Source: Candidatus Poribacteria bacterium (lineage in GTDB: Bacteria > Poribacteria > WGA-4E > WGA-3G). Taken from it: a stretch of DNA of 64,000 nt. The translations under genes and the position numbers were made by a program. The notes under the pieces were generated by a model. The model had not been told where the DNA came from. It saw only the letters and a list, made by a program, of their open reading frames with translations, and did no database searches. Positions 30,867-39,141 of this stretch are shown here, piece by piece. Positions within the stretch are counted from its first letter, which is position 1, and the number at the start of each line of letters is the position of its first letter. The DNA is taken from contig CBDANF010000002.1 in assembly GCA_965197475.1 (NCBI GenBank), positions 928,001 through 992,000 on the forward strand, in the 5' to 3' direction.

Positions 30867-31802
30867 ATGGATGTGCTATCGCTTGGAATTTTTGTCGTTG
30901 ATGTGCTCGGAAGACCAATTGACCGTTTTCCTGAAAAAGGAAAATTGGTGCTTTTTGACGAACTGGAAATCCATACCGGTGGTTGTGCCAATAACACAGC
31001 GATTGCACTTGCACGACTCGGTATTTCCGTTGGGGCTATGGGTAAAATCGGTAACGACCATTTTGGAAATTTAGTTCTGCAAACTCTTACAGAAAATCGG
31101 GTTGATACAGCAGGCATAGAGCGGGATGCAAACGTGAACACCTCTTTTACATTCGTGGCGATTGCGTCCGATGGTGAACGGAGTTTCTGCCACTACATCG
31201 GGGCAAACGGTGAACTTTGCGAAGACGACCTCAATTGGGATATTATAAAAACTGCCAAAATTATGCACATTGCAGGTGCGCTTGTCATGCCCAAATTTGA
31301 TGGGCAACCAATGACGAATGTCCTCAAAAAAGCAAAAACATTCGGAATAACGACCTCTCTTGACACTGCATGGGACGCAACAGGCAAATGGTTGGAAACT
31401 TTGGAACCGTGTTTGCCGTTCGTTGATATCTTTCTGCCGAGTTTGACCGAAGCAGAACATCTGACGGGCACATCCGAATTGCGCGAAATATCCAAATTTT
31501 TGAGGAACTACGGCATCAGCACTATTGGAATTAAAATGGGTGAACGCGGTAGTTACGTTTCAACTTCTGAAGAAGAACTTTTTGTCCCGGCATATTCCGT
31601 TGACATCGTTGATGCGACTGGTGCTGGCGATGCTTATGTGGCAGGTTTTCTGGCTGGAACGGTAAAAGGATGGGATATTAAAACAACATCTGAATTGGCA
31701 TCAGCGACTGGTGCTGCTTGTGTAACCGCTATCGGAACCACCGCGGGTATCCAAAATCTTGAAGAAACCTTGAAAATCTGTAAAAATGGCACAGTATCGT
31801 AA
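30867..31802 (+). CDS. PfkB-family carbohydrate kinase
   Basis: GGCANNTA..LARLG, G.D.FG, DATGAGDAYVAG. Confidence 0.92.
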   Translation: MDVLSLGIFVVDVLGRPIDRFPEKGKLVLFDELEIHTGGCANNTAIALARLGISVGAMGKIGNDHFGNLVLQTLTENRVDTAGIERDANVNTSFTFVAIASDGERSFCHYIGANGELCEDDLNWDIIKTAKIMHIAGALVMPKFDGQPMTNVLKKAKTFGITTSLDTAWDATGKWLETLEPCLPFVDIFLPSLTEAEHLTGTSELREISKFLRNYGISTIGIKMGERGSYVSTSEEELFVPAYSVDIVDATGAGDAYVAGFLAGTVKGWDIKTTSELASATGAACVTAIGTTAGIQNLEETLKICKNGTVS

Positions 31803-31825
31803 GTGCGGAAATAGGAACTTACATC

Positions 31826-32755
31826 ATGAATGAGACTGCAATCGTTCAAACAGAAAACCTATCAAAATGGTATGGCGAAGTTATGGGCGTGAATGATGTT
31901 ACACTGACGATTCACCCTGGAATTACCGGTTTGCTTGGTCCCAACGGCGCAGGCAAAACGAGTCTACTCAAACTAATGACAGGTCAACTCAAACCGAACA
32001 AAGGGGATATCACTGTCTTAAATCAACCGGTCTGGAACAATTATCTCCTAACGCAGCGCGTTGGTTACTGCCCGGATATAGAGTTAGCCTACCAATTTAT
32101 GACCGGTTTTGAGTTCATCACTTTTTTCGCAACGTTGAGCAGATGTGAAAAAACGGAAGTGAGATTTCGGAGTCTGGATGTGCTTGAAACGGTGGATATG
32201 CTTCCAGCAAAGGACAAACCGATCGGATCCTACAGCAAAGGGATGCGGCAGCGCATAAAACTCGCCCAAGCACTCGTGCATGAACCGGAGGTTCTTTTCC
32301 TTGACGAACCGCTGACTGGACTTGACCCAATCGGTAGACGGCATATCATAAATCTGCTCGCAAAACTTGATGAACAGGGGATCAGTGTTGTTGTCTCAAG
32401 TCATATCCTATATGAAATAGAAGCGATGACAGAAACGATACTACTTATCCATCAAGGACGAATTCTTGCAGAAGGAACTATCTCTGACATCCGCGAACTG
32501 ATTGATGAACACCCGCATAAGGTCTTCCTAAATGCTGACGAACCGCGCCGTTTAGCACAAACCTGTCTTCCGTTCGATGATATTCTCAGCGTTACATTTG
32601 GTGATGCGGCAGGGGATGTTATCATTGAAACGGCAAAACCGGACGCTTTTTACGCCCGACTCCCCCAAATTCTCATTGAAAATAAATTGAACATATCCCA
32701 ACTCTACTCACCTGACGATAATTTATCTGCTGTCTTTAAGTATTTGGTTGGGTAG
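31826..32755 (+). CDS. ABC-2-type transporter ATP-binding protein
   Basis: GPNGAGKT, YSKGMRQR, LDEP..GLDP, SSH. Confidence 0.92.
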   Translation: MNETAIVQTENLSKWYGEVMGVNDVTLTIHPGITGLLGPNGAGKTSLLKLMTGQLKPNKGDITVLNQPVWNNYLLTQRVGYCPDIELAYQFMTGFEFITFFATLSRCEKTEVRFRSLDVLETVDMLPAKDKPIGSYSKGMRQRIKLAQALVHEPEVLFLDEPLTGLDPIGRRHIINLLAKLDEQGISVVVSSHILYEIEAMTETILLIHQGRILAEGTISDIRELIDEHPHKVFLNADEPRRLAQTCLPFDDILSVTFGDAAGDVIIETAKPDAFYARLPQILIENKLNISQLYSPDDNLSAVFKYLVG

Positions 32756-32836
32756 ATCGCCTTTTCTTGCATAGGTGCCAATTTAAGGACAGAGTTACGC
32801 GCTAATACCAAATTAACTTGACCCCATTTGGTATTA

Positions 32837-32961
32837 GTGGTTCTCTCGGCAACAAATTATGATATAAAGTCCAAGAAAAATTCCGAAAAAGCAAGTGGCT
32901 GTCTATATAGATAGTAGAACATCAATGTAAATATATAATAAATACCTAGCGAGAAAACCAC
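32837..32961. mobile_element. 125-bp MITE-like element with a TTA duplication
   Basis: TTA|GTGGTTCTCTCG...CGAGAAAACCAC|TTA (11 of 12 positions inverted). Confidence 0.55.
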
Positions 32962-32963
32962 TT

Positions 32964-33219
32964 AGCACACCTACTAATACCAAATTAACTTGATTCGACG
33001 TCTTCGGATAAAGTCGGCATTGCAAGGCACGGGGACCTTGCAGGACAAATCACGTTAATTGGGTATAACTATACTCTTACTCACTTTGCAGACCACTGTG
33101 AGAGATTTAGTCATGATCAGATAAACCGCTATCTTGCAGGGGATCGGCTCCCACCGCGTTTTGTCTGGGAAAGTGTCAAACCGCACTTGAAACAAACGCC
33201 AAATGGATATGTCATCTTT
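32964..33219 (+). pseudogene. IS701-family transposase N-terminal fragment
   Basis: After removing the MITE it reads STPTNYTLTHFADHCERFSHDQINRYLAGDRLPPRFVWESVKPHLKQTPNGYVIF. Confidence 0.75.
32978..33065. mobile_element. 88-bp MITE (TACC...GGTA ends, TAA duplication) inserted into a transposase relic
   Basis: TAA|TACCAAATTAACTTGA...CGTTAATTGGGTA|TAA; a collapsed third copy lies at 32803-32836. Confidence 0.78.
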
Positions 33220-33343
33220 ATTGACAATTCTTGTCATAAGTGTTATCATTAATTATATGAAATGTGATGCAGAGCGGTTCAGAGGGTATCCGCTAATTCC
33301 CGCATCATTATTTAACCAATATCCTCATTTAACCAATATCCTC
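33220..33343 (+). mobile_element. Isolated end of the IS1-family element (promoter, hairpin and IR) with a duplicated tip
   Basis: Near-identical to 5491-5604; ATTTAACCAATATCCTC is tandemly repeated. Confidence 0.85.
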
Positions 33344-33535
33344 AACTTTTTATCCATTTTAGGCAAAGCTTCCTCACTTTATTTCAAAAGGTTGCAATAG
33401 AATATATACGCTTTATGTTATATTGTCAATTAGATATGGTATAATTTGTTAATGGTGATATCCATACAACTTGTGAAAAATCGCTAAAATTCATAGACTT
33501 GTGCTCTAAATGTGCGTAAATTGCGCAAATTTATG

Positions 33536-33629
33536 TTGATTTTTTGTCGGAAAAAAAGTATAATAATCGTTATAAGACATTATTTTATAGTAAGGTTATT
33601 AAAATAATATATGTCTTATAACGATTATT
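33536..33629 (+). promoter_or_regulatory. Promoter overlapped by a 19-bp perfect inverted repeat
   Basis: TTGATT-N17-TATAAT (33536-33564); AATAATCGTTATAAGACAT (33562-33580) and its reverse complement (33611-33629). Confidence 0.65.
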
Positions 33630-33843
33630 GTAGGTTAGTTCTTTACAAAAAGTTAACCAGCACAAGTCGTTAATATAATAAGACTAGGATTTACGCAGGT
33701 TGCTCTTTTTACGCGCTATTTGGTTTGTAGTAGCGCAAATCCATTGCACGTTCTTGGTGATTTACGATCAATTTCGCCACGGAATCCAAATTTGCGTAAG
33801 TCCTATGGGTATTACTTGTTTCAAGAAAGGAGGACAAGAAACT

Positions 33844-36800
33844 ATGATCAACAAAATGAGAAATTGGACTGCCGTAGCAATGTTGTTCCTGTTCCTGTTG
33901 CCGCTGGCATCAGCCCAACTCACGCCAAACATCTGGAAGAAATTCATCGGCGAACCGGTCCCCGCGGGAACCCCTGATTTAATTGATTATTCTTATGCTG
34001 GCTATAAAAATGGCGTAGAAGGCATCCCCGAAGATTTTGCGTATACAGTGTTTAATGTTACTGATTATGGGGCAAATCCTGATGATGGTATCTCTGATAC
34101 TGCTGGTATTAGAGATGCCCTTGATGCAGCTGCAGTAGGAAACAGTATCGTCTTTTTTCCTCCCGGTCAATATGATGTATTACTTGATGATGATGTAAAA
34201 GATCCATTTATAGTCAGAGGACATCATGTTATTCTTCGTGGAAGTGGTGCTCAAGGTGCTGGCAGAGGTGGAACAACTATAAAGATGCACAATCAGCTTA
34301 CAGATCCTTATCAAAATCAATACCTGTTTATTCCACAAGGAGGTGATGCTGGTTGGGATGGAGCCCCACGCGTTAATGGTTCATTTCCAAGTGGAATAAA
34401 ATACTTTGATGTAAATAAGACAACACCACTTATAGGACGCAAATATATTGCAATAAGGGCATCCAATCTACTTGGAGAGGATTTTGATAAATATTCTTCA
34501 CGACCCTTAAAGAATATTTCTGAATTTTATACAGGAATTCATAAAGGTGTTAGTATTAGAGAATATCATGAGATTGATAGAATCGAAGGTAACCGTGTCT
34601 ATCTAAAAGCCCCACTCGTAACGCATCTAAAACACGGTATGATTGTCGTTTGGACCGATTTATCAGAGGGTATCGGTTTTGAAAATTTGCATATTGATGG
34701 TGGTTATGATGAAATTTATAGGCATTTACACTATTTTGGACGTGGTGGAATTAATTTATCTGGTACTGCACATTCATGGATCCGCCGATGTCGGTTTTCT
34801 AATGTTATTTCGTCATTTAGAGTGACTAACAGTTACGGCACTTCGGCAGTTAGCAATATAGTTGATGGTAGATTTGGACATAATTTAAGTGATTTTGTTG
34901 GTTCAACATATTGCTTGATCGCTTTTTTACATGATTATTCGGATAGAGGTATGTGGCATGGCGCGAATGTCTCGCATTGGTCGGTTGGAAATGTAGTATG
35001 GCATGTTAGGGGTCCATCAGCAAAGGGTCCTGATGTGCACGGTGCGCAGCCGCGCCATACGCTGTTCGATAATTACAGAAGTGTCAATCATCATACCAGC
35101 AGTGGTGGTGGAGGTTCCATGCCTAATCACCTTGATGGATATGTTCGCTGGAATAACACTGCTAATTCGAGTGTGACTCTTGACTTATGGGGACGTAGTG
35201 GAGGACGACGTTTGTTGGTCACGCAAGGTTCCCTGATAGGATACAAGGCGTTGGGTGGTGCCATCCCCCGCGACGCCTACTTTGAGGGATACGGCACGCA
35301 TGTCTCTCCTAATTCACTTTACGAGGCACAACTGGAGCACCGATTAGGGACACTGCCTGCGTGGGTAGATGCTTACAAAAAGATGGACAGAAAATTCTTG
35401 CAAAGCATTGTCATAGATCCAGGACACCCCATCACACCTTCCGATGAAGATGTCAACTTGGATCCATCTCAGGGTGGTCCGAAAATTAGCGGTCCGTGGT
35501 TATGGGTGCTGGTACCAGATGAACATTTTGACGGTACTACAGATCTGCTGGCAAAAGCAAGCGGTGGTAATGTTTCAGAAACGCAAATTGCTACTGACGG
35601 TGTGATAGTCGGAGACAAAGTTGGAGACTATGAATGGACACCTCTCAAAATAGGCAGTGGTGGTAATAACCTCAACGATATGGTGAGTAACCTCGGTTGG
35701 AACGGAAACAATCGTGTCATTTACGGTTTCATCACCTTAAATACACTGAAAGAACAGAACACAAAAATGTTTGTTGGAAGTGATGATTCCGTAAGGGTGT
35801 GGCTCAATGGAGAACTTGTTCACGATAAAATAAAAAGGCGGAGTGCAAGTGATTACAAAGAATCTTTTCCCGTTACCCTGAGGAAAGGAAAGAATTCGTT
35901 ATTAGTAGCTATTGACAATTACACCGGTGGATGGAGCGGTTTTTTTGGCTTTCAAGCAGATGCGGAATATACGGTACAAACTTTTTCTGGCATCGGATAT
36001 GCCATTTTCATTGATGATATCTTTAGCGGTGATACGTTTACTCTTGACATCTACGCAGAAGATGTGCCCGATTTAGTAGAATGGCAGTTTGACATAGCGT
36101 TTGATCCTTTACTGCTTGAAGCAATTGAGGTCCGCAAAGGTTATTTTTTAGAGTCGGAGGGTGGGACAACCTTCTTCCAGAATGGTGCAATTGATAATCA
36201 ATCCGGAAAAATAATAGGTCTTAGTGAAGTGGAACCTAATGGAAACAGTGTCAGTGGTACAGGCTTGCTGCTTACCGTAACCTTTTTAGCCAAAGCGGGT
36301 GGTAAGACACAATTGACACTCAATAACTTTCGATTCGGTGATAGTATTGGGCAATCAATCCCTACCGGACCACATGAAACTACGATTTCGGTGAAAGGAA
36401 AGCTGGCGTGGGATGTCAACGGAGATGGACAAGTAAACATTTTAGATATAGTTCTCGTTGCTCAAGACTTAGGGAAGCCTTCATCCGTTAATTCGCGAAC
36501 GGATGTCAACGGCGACGAGACTGTTAACATCTTAGACCTCGTCCTTGTGGCACAACACATGGGTGAAACAGAAATCGGAGCAGCACCTACTACTATCGCA
36601 ATAGAAGACGTAAAAGGATTAGACCCGGCAACCGTTCAAGCGTGGATAGAGCAGGCACGTGCTGAAGATGATGGATCACTCGCTTTCCAAAAGGGCATTG
36701 CAAATCTTGAAAGGCTTCTGGCATTGTTAATCCCTAAAAAGACAGCGTTGCTGCAGAACTATCCAAATCCGTTTAATCCCGAGACATGGATACCGTATCA

Positions 36801-37029
36801 ACTCTCCGAACCGGCGAAGGTTACCCTGACAATCTACGCTGTGAATGGAACAAAGGTTCGGACGTTAGCATTAGGACTGATGCCTGCAGGTATCTATCAA
36901 AGTCGCAGTCGCGCTGCCTATTGGGATGGAAAAAATGACGTAGGTGAGTCTATTGCGAGCGGTATCTATTTCTACACGCTAACCGTAGGAGGGTTTAAGT
37001 CAACGCGTAAGATGTTGATTCTGAAATAG
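33844..37029 (+). CDS. Secreted modular protein: beta-helix (pectate lyase 3/DUF4955-like), PA14-like, cohesin, dockerin and FlgD/T9SS-like C-terminal domains
   Basis: AGGAGG RBS and signal peptide; FNVTDYGA.PDDG.SDT, FFPPGQY, GSDDSVRVWLNG, WQFDIAFDP, two DVNGD..VNILD, LLQNYPNPFNPETWIP. Confidence 0.85.
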   Translation: MINKMRNWTAVAMLFLFLLPLASAQLTPNIWKKFIGEPVPAGTPDLIDYSYAGYKNGVEGIPEDFAYTVFNVTDYGANPDDGISDTAGIRDALDAAAVGNSIVFFPPGQYDVLLDDDVKDPFIVRGHHVILRGSGAQGAGRGGTTIKMHNQLTDPYQNQYLFIPQGGDAGWDGAPRVNGSFPSGIKYFDVNKTTPLIGRKYIAIRASNLLGEDFDKYSSRPLKNISEFYTGIHKGVSIREYHEIDRIEGNRVYLKAPLVTHLKHGMIVVWTDLSEGIGFENLHIDGGYDEIYRHLHYFGRGGINLSGTAHSWIRRCRFSNVISSFRVTNSYGTSAVSNIVDGRFGHNLSDFVGSTYCLIAFLHDYSDRGMWHGANVSHWSVGNVVWHVRGPSAKGPDVHGAQPRHTLFDNYRSVNHHTSSGGGGSMPNHLDGYVRWNNTANSSVTLDLWGRSGGRRLLVTQGSLIGYKALGGAIPRDAYFEGYGTHVSPNSLYEAQLEHRLGTLPAWVDAYKKMDRKFLQSIVIDPGHPITPSDEDVNLDPSQGGPKISGPWLWVLVPDEHFDGTTDLLAKASGGNVSETQIATDGVIVGDKVGDYEWTPLKIGSGGNNLNDMVSNLGWNGNNRVIYGFITLNTLKEQNTKMFVGSDDSVRVWLNGELVHDKIKRRSASDYKESFPVTLRKGKNSLLVAIDNYTGGWSGFFGFQADAEYTVQTFSGIGYAIFIDDIFSGDTFTLDIYAEDVPDLVEWQFDIAFDPLLLEAIEVRKGYFLESEGGTTFFQNGAIDNQSGKIIGLSEVEPNGNSVSGTGLLLTVTFLAKAGGKTQLTLNNFRFGDSIGQSIPTGPHETTISVKGKLAWDVNGDGQVNILDIVLVAQDLGKPSSVNSRTDVNGDETVNILDLVLVAQHMGETEIGAAPTTIAIEDVKGLDPATVQAWIEQARAEDDGSLAFQKGIANLERLLALLIPKKTALLQNYPNPFNPETWIPYQLSEPAKVTLTIYAVNGTKVRTLALGLMPAGIYQSRSRAAYWDGKNDVGESIASGIYFYTLTVGGFKSTRKMLILK

Positions 37030-37155
37030 TATCAAATGACCATAGGATAGCTGGAAGGCTGATGTTTATTGGCTTCCCAGCGATCGTTGATGAGTGGGTT
37101 GCGTTGGGATCGCGAGCATCCTCTTTGAGAAATGATGCGTTTAGCGATAAACGTG
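37030..37155 (-). ncRNA. Candidate structured small RNA in the 3' end of the element
   Basis: Lies downstream of a consensus promoter; four consecutive stems (CGTTTA/TAAACG, GCATC/GATGC, GCGATC/GATCGC, GCTGG/CCAGC). Confidence 0.4.
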
Positions 37156-37160
37156 TCTAA

Positions 37161-37189
37161 AGTATAGCAAAACCAGTAGCGGTTGTCAA
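37161..37189 (-). promoter_or_regulatory. Near-consensus extended sigma70 promoter pointing towards the element end
   Basis: TTGACA-ACCGCTACTGGTTTTGC(17)-TATACT with TG extension. Confidence 0.75.
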
Positions 37190-37256
37190 CCATATTTTCA
37201 AGGCACCTGCCCCGGTTTTGCGAAGTAAAGTTCGTCGGGAACATAGGATTAGGGTC

Positions 37257-38141
37257 TCATTGGGCTTCTCCTTGGTGAGTGGCTTCATCGTTTGAGTCTG
37301 AATTGGCAAGGTCTGCATCTATGGCTTGGAGTTGGTGCTGCGGTATGAGGTCGAGATATTGAGAGATCACACGTTTAGAAAGTCGTGTAATCTGTGAGAT
37401 TTTATCAATATCTGCGGTTGCTTTCCGAACGACTTTGACGCTCTCATAATCGCGAATGTATCGGTCAACTGCCTCCTTAGAGTGTTTGGTCTTTGCGGCA
37501 ATCCTGGGGGTGAGATGTCCTTGAAGATAGAGGGTTATGATCTCTTTCTTATGGGTAATAGCCCCCGATAAGTCATGGATATTGCCACGGGTGGGCAAGA
37601 GTTCTCCAGTGGTTTTTTGCCATTCATTAACATAATCACAGACAACGGCATCGCAGACATTGAGCAAAACTGCCAAGTCGAGTTGTGTCAATAATGCCCC
37701 TTGGTCATAAGCTTGATGACACCAGCGGACCAAGCGATTGATCCGCAATTGCCGGGAGGTGAAACCGTTGCGAAAGGATTCAATATCCTCTGCGGCGAGG
37801 TAAGTCAGGATGACGGGTTTCATGCGGGTTTTGACGATGGACTTTCCTCTTTCTGGATGCTCTTCAATAGGGACGGCCATCCAAACGAGTTGTCCATAAC
37901 TCAAGAAACGCTCATCCGGGAGTTGATCGCCGGTGGCGAGTTTCTCCAAAGGAAGGGTAATCACGAAATAGTCTTCAACGGTCTTAAGAATATCATCAAC
38001 AATGGCGGTGGCAGTGACTTCGCCTTTGTCATAACCATAGTCATTGAGAAAGCGGTGAATGAGCAACTGTCGTAGGGACTTATCGTTGATGCGTCTGAAT
38101 TTCTTCTCGTTGATTTGCGTGCGGGTTAGAGGTTTGCTCAT
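37257..38141 (-). CDS. DUF1670-like protein, paralog B
   Basis: AYDQGALLTQLDLAVLL, PTRGNIHD..AITHK, KHSKEAVDRY; ATGA overlap with paralog A. Confidence 0.8.
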   Translation of the reverse strand: MSKPLTRTQINEKKFRRINDKSLRQLLIHRFLNDYGYDKGEVTATAIVDDILKTVEDYFVITLPLEKLATGDQLPDERFLSYGQLVWMAVPIEEHPERGKSIVKTRMKPVILTYLAAEDIESFRNGFTSRQLRINRLVRWCHQAYDQGALLTQLDLAVLLNVCDAVVCDYVNEWQKTTGELLPTRGNIHDLSGAITHKKEIITLYLQGHLTPRIAAKTKHSKEAVDRYIRDYESVKVVRKATADIDKISQITRLSKRVISQYLDLIPQHQLQAIDADLANSDSNDEATHQGEAQ

Positions 38142-38938
38142 GAGAGGTCCCCCTTTTTTGTGTCCTCAGGTTCTGGGTGAAGGAGTTGGGTTATGCGATC
38201 TGTGTGTTGGTATTCCTCATAGAGTGAGAGATACTCGCGGATCAACCGGTCAGATAGATGGGTGATCAGGCGTATCTGTGCGTTAGGAAAGCCTTGATGA
38301 TGGAGCGTAGCGACTTGTGTAAAGTCTTTCAAGTAGCGGTAGACAGCTCGTTCGCTGTGGTTCGTCTTTTTCTCGATTTCGGTGAAGGTATAGGCTTTGA
38401 AATATAACTCCAGGACCTGGGTTTTATGAGAAGTGCCGGGGCCCATGTCGTGTTTCGTCCCGCGCGTCATAACGAAATACCCATCCTGCTTCAAGTGTCG
38501 AATGTCGCGTTTGACTGTAGCAGGACTGGTGGTTAATAATACAGCTAAATCCTCGTAGCTCAGTAAGGCATCTTGGTCATAAGCTTCTTGGGTCAATCGG
38601 AGGATCCGATGCCGTCTGAGTCCTGCGAGACCATAATTCGCTAAGACTTCAAGATCGGCGTTTGTGTCATTGAGAGTTAGCCGACAGGAAACTTTTTTCG
38701 CTAAAGCGATATGTTTACCTGCGGGTTCCTCTGCGGCGACTGCCTCGTAGCAGATTTGCCCTGATGTCAGGTGCACATCGGCGTGTTGTTCAAAGTAGGT
38801 GGAAATCTGTTTATAGTAGGCTTCAGCAACGAGAGGCATTAGATTAAAGTCTGCTGAAATCTTCTGAATAATCGCGGCTCTGGCATTCTTGGATTCGAGC
38901 CGAGTGATACCGTAAGCGGTATCCTTCTTGCGGTTCAT
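38138..38938 (-). CDS. DUF1670-like protein, paralog A
   Basis: EAYDQDALLSYEDLAVLL, TRGTKHDMGPGTSHK, NHSERAVYRY; GGAGG RBS 5 nt before the ATG at 38938. Confidence 0.8.
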   Translation of the reverse strand: MNRKKDTAYGITRLESKNARAAIIQKISADFNLMPLVAEAYYKQISTYFEQHADVHLTSGQICYEAVAAEEPAGKHIALAKKVSCRLTLNDTNADLEVLANYGLAGLRRHRILRLTQEAYDQDALLSYEDLAVLLTTSPATVKRDIRHLKQDGYFVMTRGTKHDMGPGTSHKTQVLELYFKAYTFTEIEKKTNHSERAVYRYLKDFTQVATLHHQGFPNAQIRLITHLSDRLIREYLSLYEEYQHTDRITQLLHPEPEDTKKGDLS

Positions 38939-39068
38939 ATTGACCTCCATGAATAGATTATCGGGGATCCGAGGACATCTACTCGTTAGTTTAACGAATA
39001 CTAATAGTATAACTCATGGGGTCATTTGATATAAACTATAAATAGCTCGCGGCTATTTCTTTCTGTCC

Positions 39069-39116
39069 GAGGGAACTCCGAATCGCGACCAGTCGGGAAT
39101 CGGAGTTCCCTCCTAC
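39069..39116. repeat. GTAG-type REP doublet; related hairpins at 41947-41970, 45620-45642 and 60610-60651
   Basis: GAGGGAACTCCG...CGGAGTTCCCTCCTAC; GTAGGAGCGACCTCC...GGAGGTCGCTCCTAC. Confidence 0.7.
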
Positions 39117-39141
39117 AACTTCTAAAAAGGAGAACTAATAC

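Larger units (their letters stand above)
37030..39031 (-). mobile_element. Putative novel mobile element carrying two DUF1670-like genes, bounded by 12-bp inverted repeats
   Basis: TATCAAATGACC at 37030-37041 and GGTCATTTGATA at 39020-39031; begins immediately after the stop codon of the upstream gene. Confidence 0.75.

Noticed and set aside
33700-33843. Long N-terminal extensions in the ORF track (also at 21910, 24704, 44837, 49593, 62355)
   Set aside because: Downstream ATGs match the expected domain starts and mostly have a better RBS; several extensions translate REP sequence.
37032-37244. 70-aa ORF in the element end
   Set aside because: No convincing RBS or protein features, and it overlaps a consensus promoter and hairpins.
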